In this document: in pieces, positions 39,825 to 49,625 of the stretch
Layout: each line of letters starts with the position of its first letter
How positions within the stretch are numbered: position 1 is the stretch's first letter
Origin: Porphyridium purpureum
Lineage: Eukaryota
Assembly (NCBI GenBank): GCA_008690995.1
Contig: VRMN01000003.1
Location: 1,984,001 to 2,048,000 of the forward strand
Reading direction: 5' to 3'
DNA length: 64,000 bases
Notes under the pieces: model-generated
Database searches by the model: none
Told to the model about the DNA's origin: nothing
What the model saw: only the letters and a program-made list of their open reading frames with translations
Made by a program: the position numbers and the translations under genes

Positions 39825-40507
39825 GTCTGCACCGAACCGCGCGGGGCGTTATCCCTTACTCCCTTTCTTTCTCTCTCCCCTATCCAACCTCCCGCAACAG
39901 CCTCCTCCTCTTCCCTTCGCACACCATCTTGTTCTACTCCCCGACTAAACATGGCGCTCCCGCTTTCTCAGTTGCACACGACGGCCGCGGACGATAGAGG
40001 TACAGCAAACCCGCACACCCGAACTCCTGCAAAACACGCTCGTTTATAAAAGGTACAGTGATGGTGATAGCGCGTATGTGTGTTTGTGTGTTTTTGCGTA
40101 GGAGTGCTTGGGCGTAAAATGAAAGGATGGAGCAAGAAACCCTGGAGCTAACCGATGGGGACAAGTCAGAATGAGGGTTTTCGACGCTGCTGTGCGCTCA
40201 CGCGCGGAAGTACAGTTGGCCGAATGGTAAGGGAGGTACAGGCAGTGAACGAGCTGCTGTGCGGGCTGCGCTCCGGGAGATTCCCAGCAACAGCAAAGAC
40301 GGTTTCATAGGAGCGCAGCGTTTGCGTAGTAAAGAAGGGCGCGTTAGTAGAGAGCGATGTGGATGAGTGAAGGTGCGCAGTGAGAGGTGTAGGGGGGAGG
40401 GAGAGAGAGAAGGGACGGCACGAAGAGAAAGGGGCAAGGCTGTGAACGTGCGTGGCTCATGTGCGGTAGGTATCGGTGCGTGTAGGAGAGAGGAACATAC
40501 AGGGGAT

Positions 40508-41980
40508 ATGGCGTTTGTCAATGGGTTTAGCGGCGGCGCGGCGGCCGTGCCGCGGCGAGGCGTGGCGAGAGTGTGCGCGCAAAGGGTGGTCATGAAGGTG
40601 GTGGATCGCCTGGATAGCCAGCCCAGCGCGGCGTTCGAGCAGACGAAGCAGGTGTATACCTTCTCGCGGTACATTCTGGGCCCGCACCGCGCCGTGGTCG
40701 CGCCGGTCGCCATGGATCCGTCCGAGAAGGAGGTCGTGCTGCGCGCGGTGTACAGGCAGGTGTTTGGCAACGCATACATCATGGAGGAGGAACGCGCGGA
40801 GCTGCGGGTGATGGAGTCCCAGTTCCTGCTGGGAGAGCTCTCGGTGAAGGAGCTCGTGCGCGCGTTGGCCAAGAGCTCCACCTACAAGGTGCGCTTCTTC
40901 GAGGGCGCTGTCCAGTACAGGTTCATTGAGCTGTGCTTTAAGCATTTGCTGGGTCGCGCCCCAGATAACCACGAGGAAATCGCGGTGCACATGCGCAAGT
41001 ACCAGCAGGAAGGATATGACGCGGAGATCGACAGCTACCTCGACGCCGGCGAGTACGACAACGTGTTTGGTGATGACACGGTGCCGTTCCTGCGCTTCCG
41101 TGGCGTGTACACGCCGTGCGACTCGTTCAACCGCCAGTGCGCTCTGCAGGGTGGATGGGCTAACTCGGACAAGGCAATGGGTGGTGCGGCGCTGTCTGGC
41201 TACAACGGGTCGGACGGTCGCCAGATGAGCACGATGATTGGAAACTACATTTCCGGCAAGCCCATTCCGTATGAGAAAGTTGCCGCGGATACGCCGCTCA
41301 AGTCGACCGCGCCCAACTGGTACGCGCGCCCGAACCCGGCGCTCGCACCGCAGCCGGCTTATGTGTCTGCCAAGGAAATCGCCGAGCTGAGGAGCCGCGT
41401 CAGCAAACTGGAAGCAGCGTGGTCCGTGGCAGTCAAGCAATCAGCAGCGGCCAAGGACACTGTGGAGACGTGGCGTGCTGCAGCGAAGGAGATGGCCGCC
41501 ATGCGGGGCATCTCGCCCATGGGCGAAGCTTACTTTGGCGGAATTGCGCAGAAGGTTGACAATGGAGCGCTTGCGCAGCTTGGCAACAAGGCGTCTTCGT
41601 ACAAGAAGTACTTGTACGCGATTGAGACGGACGAGGTGAGTCGGCTTGAGGTGGATCTGGAGGAAGCCAAGGGTCAGCTGCGCGTCCTGGAGGCGGCGAT
41701 GGCGAAGAGCACACCCATGACCCGCACGGCTGAATTCAAGACCTTGACGAAGAATGTGGCGGCCGTGACTGCGGCCGAGAAGGCCGATCCGCTGTCAAAG
41801 CGCCCGCGTATCTCCGCGTCCCGGCCAAAGCCCACCCCAGCGGCGGCCAAAATGGCAGCGGCGGAGAAGAAGAAGGGCCCATTCGGCTTGTCGGTGCCAA
41901 GCTTGCCAAATCTGCCAAACCTGCCGAAGCTGCCGAGCCTTAGTCTGCCCAAGGTGAGCCTGCCGTTTGGCAAGAAGTAA
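40508..41980 (+). CDS. Phycobilisome rod linker polypeptide (PBS_linker_poly domain), plastid-targeted
   Basis: Transit peptide MAFVNGF...; linker domain LRAVYRQVFGNAYIMEEER..ESQF..SVKELVRALAKS.TY..RFF..RFIELCFKHLLGRAP..EY...FGDDTVPF.R; coiled-coil and Leu/Pro-rich tail. Confidence 0.93.
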   Translation: MAFVNGFSGGAAAVPRRGVARVCAQRVVMKVVDRLDSQPSAAFEQTKQVYTFSRYILGPHRAVVAPVAMDPSEKEVVLRAVYRQVFGNAYIMEEERAELRVMESQFLLGELSVKELVRALAKSSTYKVRFFEGAVQYRFIELCFKHLLGRAPDNHEEIAVHMRKYQQEGYDAEIDSYLDAGEYDNVFGDDTVPFLRFRGVYTPCDSFNRQCALQGGWANSDKAMGGAALSGYNGSDGRQMSTMIGNYISGKPIPYEKVAADTPLKSTAPNWYARPNPALAPQPAYVSAKEIAELRSRVSKLEAAWSVAVKQSAAAKDTVETWRAAAKEMAAMRGISPMGEAYFGGIAQKVDNGALAQLGNKASSYKKYLYAIETDEVSRLEVDLEEAKGQLRVLEAAMAKSTPMTRTAEFKTLTKNVAAVTAAEKADPLSKRPRISASRPKPTPAAAKMAAAEKKKGPFGLSVPSLPNLPNLPKLPSLSLPKVSLPFGKK

Positions 41981-42641
41981 GAAAGCGCGTAAACGTACAC
42001 CTGTGGATTTGTTGGCATCCTGACGTGGATTGAAGAGTTAGCCCAACAGTAATAAAAACCAATGCGAATCTAAATCTGCGTCGGTGTGCAAGCCCGCGTG
42101 AGTTGGTAGCTGCGACTTGCGCCTCGCGCGTCAGGCGGACACGCTCGGCCGCCTTCCTGTCCCGGGCGCCTTGTCCACGACGTGCTCTTCGCGGCACCGC
42201 AGCCACGCACGCCACCCTGCTGCCTCGCAGCGCCCGCGCGCGACTCGGCCGCGTGTGATGCGGACCGCGCTTGCTCCGTCGCGACCGCGGCGTGCACGCT
42301 GTGCCCCCCACCGAACCCTCGTTCAGTTTGTGAGAGTGCACAGGGGCGTGGCGCACGCGCGCGGATGGGTACGCATGCTTTCCGACACAAGACGCTGTGC
42401 TCACATACGAAAGGAGTCGATTTTGATAGAAGAGTCGACGCGGTGGAGCCGGTTCGTGACTTGAGCCGTGCGGTCACGCAGGGGGTAAGAGAGAGACAGA
42501 GAGAGAGAGATAGCCGAGAGGGAAAGGGAATCAGCGGACTGGCGGTCGGGTGACAGAGACAGGGACACACAGAGAGAGACAGAGAGAGAGGTGGAAGGGG
42601 TGGTGGTGAGGGGGAGGGTGTGAGGCTGGGTCTCGGTAGGA

Positions 42642-43787
42642 ATGGACGGGATGTCGAATGGACAGCCGGCCGGAGGCGGGCTGGAGAAGGAGCGCGTGGC
42701 GGTGGCGGTGCAGCAGCAGCAGCAGCAGCAGGCGCAGGCGCAGATGCAGGCGCAGCAGGGCAGACATGCGCATGTCACGCGCACGTATATGGGCGCGGTG
42801 ATCATGTCGTACGCGTCGGCGTCCCTGGGCGGCGTGTTTGTGAACAAGGCATGTCTCTCCGGCTTCAATTTCCAGTTCCCCATCACCATTGTGTTCCTCC
42901 AGCTGCTCGTGTCGGTCGCCGTCATGTCGCTGCTCCGCCTGTTCAGACTCATCGAGATCCCAAAGCGAACCACAAAGCAAATCGCGTTTCTGCTCTATCC
43001 GGCCGTTTTCTTCGTCGCAAACGTGTCCGTCGGCCTCACCGCGCTGGGGCTCGTCAATATCCCCATGTTTTCTGCGTTTCGCAGACTCACCGTCCTGAAC
43101 GTGATGGTCATGGAATGGTACGTACTGAAAAAGCAATCCTCCATGGCGATCAAGTACTGCGTGCTCTTCATGGTCTTTGGATCGATCGTTGCGGCGTACG
43201 GCGACATCACGTTCGACCCGCTCGGCTACTTTCTGGTCTTCTTGAATAACTTGCTTACAGCGGGCAACCTGGTCTCCATCAAGAAGGCAACGCAGGTTGT
43301 TCAGCTAGACGCCATGGCCATGTTTTATTACGTTTCGCTGGTCTCACTGCCCATCGTGCTCGCGCTTGGCCTTGCGACGGGCGAGCTGGCGCGAGCCTAC
43401 CTGGACTTTTCAAGCCGGCCAGAGCTCCATGGCCCTGGCTTTGCGTTCGCACTGGTGCTGAGCGCATCTTCCGCGTTTGCAATCAACTATACGACCAACT
43501 TATGCACGCAGGTGACATCGGCGCTCATCACGTGCATTACAGGGCAAACGAAGAACGTGCTGCAGACCTTAATCGGGATATTTAGCTGGGGTTACGAAGC
43601 GTCACCTTTGAACTTGTTGGGCCTGTTCTTGGCACTCGTGGCCAGCTGCTTCTTCGCGACGGTTAAATACAGGGAGGGTCGCGAGAAGGAAAAGGACCCG
43701 TCAAGCCTTCCCGCGGGTGAGAAGTCGTCCGCGCTGGAAGAACTAGACGAACGCATACCGACAGCAGAGGAGGTAAGGCAACAATAG
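42642..43787 (+). CDS. Nucleotide-sugar transporter (SLC35D/TPT-like)
   Basis: About 10 TM segments, VFVNKACLS.FNF.FP, NIPMFSAFRR, LCTQVTSALITCITGQTKN. N-terminal polyQ (CAG run ~42711-42731). Confidence 0.9.
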   Translation: MDGMSNGQPAGGGLEKERVAVAVQQQQQQQAQAQMQAQQGRHAHVTRTYMGAVIMSYASASLGGVFVNKACLSGFNFQFPITIVFLQLLVSVAVMSLLRLFRLIEIPKRTTKQIAFLLYPAVFFVANVSVGLTALGLVNIPMFSAFRRLTVLNVMVMEWYVLKKQSSMAIKYCVLFMVFGSIVAAYGDITFDPLGYFLVFLNNLLTAGNLVSIKKATQVVQLDAMAMFYYVSLVSLPIVLALGLATGELARAYLDFSSRPELHGPGFAFALVLSASSAFAINYTTNLCTQVTSALITCITGQTKNVLQTLIGIFSWGYEASPLNLLGLFLALVASCFFATVKYREGREKEKDPSSLPAGEKSSALEELDERIPTAEEVRQQ

Positions 43788-43959
43788 TCCTTTGTGTTTT
43801 GCTCCTTCTGTGTCCTATTGTTTTTCTCTGCTTCACATTTCCTCGCGATGTGCACGGTAATCGCTCACCTCCAATTCACTCCATATTCGTGTAAATAAAT
43901 GCAGCGCACGGTCGTTCCTTTTCTGTACAGGTTCGCAGCACCTGGCTGCAACTACGGGG

Positions 43960-45564
43960 CTACCTACCTACCTGGGAGCCGTTTTCGCCTTCACGCTTCT
44001 GCCTTTGATTTTGCCTGTACAATTCCACTGTGCGCGTGACTTTCTCCCGCGTGCGAAAACTCCGACTGATGAGAGGTCTTACGTCGTCCGAGTCGATCAA
44101 ATGCGACAGGAAATCGAGCAAGATAAGCAGCTCGCGATCGCTGTCATCGTCAAACCACGTGGAGATGGGAATCAGATTATCAATGTGCACGAGCGGGCTG
44201 GCCTGCGGCGAATTATCGACCAGCACGAGATGCCGTAAGTCGCGCCCAAGCACGGTCAAGTCCTTGATGTAATTGCTGTTGATTTGCAGACAGCTATCTC
44301 GGAAGCAGCGGTGATGAATCCACTTTTTCTGCGGATCAATAATGTCGAGCAGGCGGTCCGCATACGCCTCATGGGACGCTGTGAAGATCACCACCTCAAA
44401 GAAACCGCTTACCTCTGCGAGAAAATGATCCAGAAACGGCCGCTTCTTCGCATAGACTGTATGCGTGGCACCGCCAAAGTCCACATCGAAAGTGACGTCC
44501 CATTTGCGCACAGCGTCTGTGGAGCAGTGCACCAGCGTTTCGTCGAGATCCAGCACAAGGGTTACACGCGGTGCGCCCGCCATTTTCGGGCTCAGGCTCG
44601 GCGCGCGCTTGGGGAAAAGCGACAGCGGCGGTAGCGAGGCAATGAATAAATAAATCTCGTAATCTTCCAAGAGTTCTTGTGAGGCTGAGGCTACCAGTTC
44701 TGCGGCAGCGTCCACATGAGTTTGTGGTATCACTGGTTCTGGAGCAAATACCGCATCGCGCGCATCAGATTCAGAAGCAGTTGTAGTGCCGAGGGCCGGC
44801 TCCTCTGGCTTTGTTTCGCTTGCATCCACCGCCACTGCGAGTGGTACGCTCTCAAGCACAAGGTCGGAAAGAAGCACAACTTGTCCGCTTGCCGCGTCGG
44901 GCTCTCCAGCACTGTATGTTATGTCGTCGTCTTCTCTGCCCCGCTTTTTTTGCCGTGATGGATGATGTTCCTTCTCGTTTCCGAACGATTCTTCCTGCTC
45001 CATTTCGACTAACTCGACTCCTGAAACGCCCGCCGCATGTTCAGGTAAGAGGGGCGGCTTGCGTGCGGTTGCTGAAAATAATGCGGTGATTGGCATCAAC
45101 AAGTATTTGAGCGAGCGTCCAATCGCAAGCGTTGAATTCTCCAGCGATCTTGCCAGCGAGGTAGGCGCGGAGGCGGCGCTCTTGTCCTGCGTCTGCGGCG
45201 CGACGACATCGACGCATGGCCCGTCTTTCCTGTCCGGTGCCGCTTCTCGCCGCGCAGTGTCACTGTGCTTTTGTTCAACCGCCGCGGCGTCGCTGTTTCC
45301 ACCAACAACAGCCCTTCGCTTGCGCGCTCGTCCTGCCACACGGTCATCTCCCAGCTCCAGACCTTCTGAGTCCCGCGAAGCAGAAACCCCTCCAGTTGCA
45401 CGTTCAGCCGCCATGTAGTGCACAGACCGGCGCGTGTGCCGAGCGGGCACCGACTTTGCGTGCGACAGTGTTTCCGTTGCATATCTTCCACGAAGTCGTC
45501 GCACACGGAGCATTGCCGGTACCAGCGCGGAGCCCCGTCGTGGTCGAGAAGAGGACGGTTCCAT
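43960..45564 (-). CDS. CTD small phosphatase-like protein (NIF/FCP1 HAD domain, CTDSPL2/SCP4-like)
   Basis: TLVLDLDETLVH (DxDxT), KRPFLDHFL, FEVVIFTAS..YAD.LLD, NYIKDL..LGRDL, VDNSP, WFDD..D.ELL. Start taken at MEPSSS (uncertain). Confidence 0.92.
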   Translation of the reverse strand: MEPSSSRPRRGSALVPAMLRVRRLRGRYATETLSHAKSVPARHTRRSVHYMAAERATGGVSASRDSEGLELGDDRVAGRARKRRAVVGGNSDAAAVEQKHSDTARREAAPDRKDGPCVDVVAPQTQDKSAASAPTSLARSLENSTLAIGRSLKYLLMPITALFSATARKPPLLPEHAAGVSGVELVEMEQEESFGNEKEHHPSRQKKRGREDDDITYSAGEPDAASGQVVLLSDLVLESVPLAVAVDASETKPEEPALGTTTASESDARDAVFAPEPVIPQTHVDAAAELVASASQELLEDYEIYLFIASLPPLSLFPKRAPSLSPKMAGAPRVTLVLDLDETLVHCSTDAVRKWDVTFDVDFGGATHTVYAKKRPFLDHFLAEVSGFFEVVIFTASHEAYADRLLDIIDPQKKWIHHRCFRDSCLQINSNYIKDLTVLGRDLRHLVLVDNSPQASPLVHIDNLIPISTWFDDDSDRELLILLDFLSHLIDSDDVRPLISRSFRTREKVTRTVELYRQNQRQKREGENGSQVGR

Positions 45565-45915
45565 CTCTCTGAGACACAAACTGAAACACAAACACAACCA
45601 CAACCAACACGCTGTTGCCCCCATCCATCTCCCCAATACCTCCTCCCATATCGCGGCACTCACCGTTCCCCGTCAAACTTTTGAAACGGTACGTACACTT
45701 CACTGTACTCCAAAATCTCCGAGGAACCGTACCCCCTCCAAATCAGAAGTACAGTTGGAGGATATAGCTACGTTAATTTCTAATGTTAAAAAATGCGATG
45801 TGAAAGTGAGCTGGTGCGGGACCCAAGTGCGAGTCTCGGTGAAGACCTTAAAAGGTACAAAGCAGAGCGAACAACAGGCGGAGAAAGGGCTCACGGGGGA
45901 AGGGGGAAGTATGCT

Positions 45916-46864
45916 ATGAGCGGTCGGAAGCGGGCGTACTCTGCAAAGGAACCGGGGTCAGCGATACAGCGAGCGACCGCGAGCAGTAAGCGCGCGGCAA
46001 AGTATCACCATAGCAGTATGGGGAAGAAGGAGGGCGCGTGTGGCCCGGATCCGCACGAAAGCGCAGCGTGCATTGACGCGCTGTTCAAGCGCTACCAGGA
46101 GAGCAGCCGAGGAGGTACGTGGTATTGCACTGCAGTGCTGGTGGACTTTGGTTTCGGTATGGGCGGTGTCTCCCAGGATGGAGTGCGGAGACGCTGCACA
46201 GGCGGCATGACAGTGACTGACCTTCTTCACGTTTTGGCCTACGCCGCTGTTTTTTTTCTCTTTCTGTGTCTTTTCTTGCGAATTGCGGGGGCCCATGGGT
46301 GACACGTGTCTGTTCCTCTTGCTCTGTTGCGGGTAAACAGACAAGATAGGGCCCGAGGGTATCCAGAATCTGTGCGACGATTTGGGCATCGACCCAGAGG
46401 AACTGAGCATCTTGGTGTTTGCATGGAGCTTGCGCTGCAAGGTGCCGCTCGAGTTCTCGCGGCAGGAGTGGTGCGATGGACTCAAGCGGTTGAAAGTGGA
46501 CTCGCTCGAGTCGCTCAAGGCCAAAATCAAGGAACTTCCCGAAGTGCTGGAGAATCCAGAGTCGTTCCGTGACTTTTACCAATTCGCGTACAATTTCAAC
46601 AAGCCGCCGGACCAAAAGAGCTTACCGGCTCCCACCGCGCTCGCGCTGTGGACGCTCATCCTCAAAGACCGCTTCAAGTTTCTCGACCTGTGGCTGGAAT
46701 TCCTGAACGACAGGACCCATTCCATCCCGCTCGACACTTATATGCTCCTGCTCGACTTTGTATACAGCATTAATGACGACATGAGCAACTACGACGAGAA
46801 CGGCGCCTGGCCGGTCCTCATTGACGAATTTGTCGAGTGGGCCCAGCCGCGACTCGCTCGGTGA
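45916..46864 (+). CDS. DCN1: DCN1-like (defective in cullin neddylation) protein, two exons 45916-46114 and 46341-46864
   Basis: Splicing GT(46115)..AG(46340) joins [34 protein letters not shown] in frame. The PONY domain has [11 protein letters not shown] and [21 protein letters not shown]. Confidence 0.9.
46115..46340 (+). other. Spliceosomal GT-AG intron (226 bp)
   Basis: 5' GTACGT, 3' AAACAG, phase 1. Its removal restores the DCN1 frame. Candidate branch point TGACTGAC at ~46214-46221 followed by a pyrimidine tract. Confidence 0.85.
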
Positions 46865-47002
46865 GCCATCTGCAAAAAACGATTCTTACGCACGACGTTG
46901 TCTTCATGTTCAATAAATAGGAACCTTCCACCCACTATACTCACATTCGCGGAGCCACGGAGCTGAATGAAAACTTTTTGAAGGTTTGTTCGTCTTCATA
47001 GC

Positions 47003-48421
47003 ATGGCACAGGGTGCGTTCGTGGGGACACCGACACTGTCGGCACGGCTTGGGCATCCATTCAGTCGGCTCCAGATCGCGGCGCGGCAAGGGAGGTCCGG
47101 TCGCTCGACGCTGGCTGCGCGTCGGTGCAGGGGAACAATTATGTCTGCCGCGGATCAGAGCGTCGCTCACACTGTTGGGTGGACGGCTGTGGCAAAGAAA
47201 ATTGATCCCTTCTGGATGGCGCCCGAGTATGAAACGGGGCCATACCGCTCCTCTCGGCCGTGGGAAATCGAGACGCAACGCCTGTTCGGGCACAAGGAAC
47301 CAGCGCTAACTTTTTACCGCGACACGTTTTTCTGGTGTCCGTACTGCGAAAAAGTGCAGCTGCAGCTGGAGCTCAAGCAGATTCCGTACAAAATCGTCAA
47401 GATCAACATGAATTGCTACGGGAGCAAACCTGCAGAGTTTCTGCGCAAAGTGCGCAACGGGTTGCTCCCTGCAGTCGAGATGAACGGCGAGGTATTTGTC
47501 GAGTCAACCGACATCATGTACCTAATTGAAAACAGATTTGCGTCCCACCATCCGCTTTTGCCACCGAAAACAGACCGTCAACGAAGCGGGGACGTGGACC
47601 GAATGATGAAACTCGAACGCAATCTTGCAGGGAGTTGGCTGAATCTGCTGCGAGGCGGTGGGATGCTGAGTGCACTGGGGCGCCGCGCCATTCAACAGGA
47701 TCTAGACGAAGTCAATGAGACGCTTGGCCTCTACTCTGATGGACCCTTTTTCCTCGGTGGAAACGAGCCGTCCTTGGTTGATGTGCAGTATTGCAGTTTC
47801 CTGGAAAGGATCGCTGCGTCAGTGCCCTATTTCCAGGGTCTCGAGGTGGTCGGTACGGGCCGCTGGCGCCATATTGAAGCATGGTTTGAAGGTATGGACA
47901 GCGTCCCAGCGTACCGTCACTTGAAAGGCGACGCGTACACGCACGTGCGCGCACTTCCACCGCAAATTGGGAGATGCCCCATCGTGGAGAGTGCCAAGCC
48001 TTTTGTTGATCGCGTCGAGAGCGCTCCCTTGAAACAAGTACTGCTTTTCACTGACGAAAATCGGGCAGACAGGCACGAAGCTGCGGCAGCCATTTGCCGC
48101 AACTATGCTGCAGTCACTCGAGATGCCATGAAAGGCGCGCAGATCTCTGCAGACGATGTGGCTTTTGAAAGGCTCTTTGACGCCGCTTTGCAGTGTGCAG
48201 CTGTCGCGCTGGTTGACGGCCCCGAGGCGGCTCGTGCGACATACCAGCAAAGCGCACCGGCGTTTGCAGCTTCTGGACGCCTGGACAATCTTGCGGCTGC
48301 TCTTGCGTATGAGGCTCGCCGTGTGTGCACTCCCCGAGACATGAGTGTTGCCGCGGCTCCTTTGTTTCAGGGCGCGCTCAACTTTGTCCGTGCCGAACTT
48401 GGCGCGGCGCGTGCATCCTAA
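47003..48421 (+). CDS. Glutathione S-transferase-family protein (Cys-type, WCPYC), plastid transit peptide
   Basis: FYRD..FWCPYCEKV.L.LE.K.IPY..VKINMNCYG.KP..F, GLLPAVE, ESTDI, GPFFLG..PSLVD, GDAYTH..ALPPQIG. N-terminus MAQGAFVG... Confidence 0.87.
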   Translation: MAQGAFVGTPTLSARLGHPFSRLQIAARQGRSGRSTLAARRCRGTIMSAADQSVAHTVGWTAVAKKIDPFWMAPEYETGPYRSSRPWEIETQRLFGHKEPALTFYRDTFFWCPYCEKVQLQLELKQIPYKIVKINMNCYGSKPAEFLRKVRNGLLPAVEMNGEVFVESTDIMYLIENRFASHHPLLPPKTDRQRSGDVDRMMKLERNLAGSWLNLLRGGGMLSALGRRAIQQDLDEVNETLGLYSDGPFFLGGNEPSLVDVQYCSFLERIAASVPYFQGLEVVGTGRWRHIEAWFEGMDSVPAYRHLKGDAYTHVRALPPQIGRCPIVESAKPFVDRVESAPLKQVLLFTDENRADRHEAAAAICRNYAAVTRDAMKGAQISADDVAFERLFDAALQCAAVALVDGPEAARATYQQSAPAFAASGRLDNLAAALAYEARRVCTPRDMSVAAAPLFQGALNFVRAELGAARAS

Positions 48422-49625
48422 ATGTTTCGCCTCGCGGAAGACCGAACCGAGATTTCAAAAGGTTTTGTTTCTTGCCAAGCCATTCCTTGTTTGTCGGAGC
48501 ACGTAGAGGTCAAGCATGCTGCTGAACTCCATGGACAGCTGACACCTAAACACACTGAACAAGCCGCCTGGCGGGGACGGGCTGACGTGCGTGAGACTGT
48601 GTTTTAAAGTTACAAAATGGGGTACAATCGAACCGTTCACACATTGTGCTACGAGGAGCCCGCTCTCCAAGCAGGCGTGTTGGTGATGGTATCTGTGAGG
48701 TCGTGGACAGTGCTCGACTGCTCAAGGAGACAGGGAACCACGCAGAAAGCCGGAAGCTACGCTGTTGCGTCGGCACAGACGATCTCCTTGTCAGTAAAAA
48801 CAGTAGAGCGAGAAACAACGCCAGTGAGTCTATACTCACGATGCGCGACCGCCGACGGTGTTGAATGACGCAGGTCACCGCCACCTTTGGCAACACATGC
48901 GGCATGCATGTCGCGACCCAGACACCGCTCTGCTCTTCTGCTCTTCCACAACCCACCACTTGCCCTGCTGCTTCAACCCGTCTAACCACGCCCCGCCCGA
49001 GGTACAGTCCGGCACGAACCGCCACTGAACACACACGCGGTACACACCGTACCTTATTAGAAACACCGCGCGCGGTAAACCGAACCGATAAGGAAACCGG
49101 TTGGGAGGCAGCGTGTACGTGGCTCGCCGACGCTCCCAGATACACGAAGGCGGGACGAGGACCGCCAGAACCGCGCGCGTGGCCGGTAGAACATTAGCCA
49201 ACCCGGCTTGTGCTGTGTTTGGGAATGAGAAAGGGTAACTAAATGTTTTGGTGGGGGTACAGTTGCTTCCTAGCCACGGAACTCTTTCATGGCGTGGGGT
49301 GTTCAGTTGGCGATTAGGAATAACAAAATGAAGAAGAAGAGGGGAGAAAATACGAGGAGGGAATGCTGGGAGTGTTGGTGAAAGGGGAAGACGGGTGAAG
49401 GGTTGGATCGAGGGAGGGGTGTGTGAGGAACGGAGGCGTGTCGGGAAAGGGAAGGGGGGGGGAAGAGGGGGGTAGATTCGTGGGATAGATGAGTGGGAGT
49501 GCGTGTGTGTAGTGCATGCATGGTTGTGCGCGTTAGGTGAGGGGAGGGTAGTATTGTGCAAAAGGGGTAGAGGCGGTGGGGAGGGCGGCGGGGACACGCC
49601 GGGGTGTGTGGGTGACGCGTGCAAG

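Noticed and set aside
40457..41440. 327-aa minus-strand ORF
   Set aside because: Antisense shadow of the rod linker gene.
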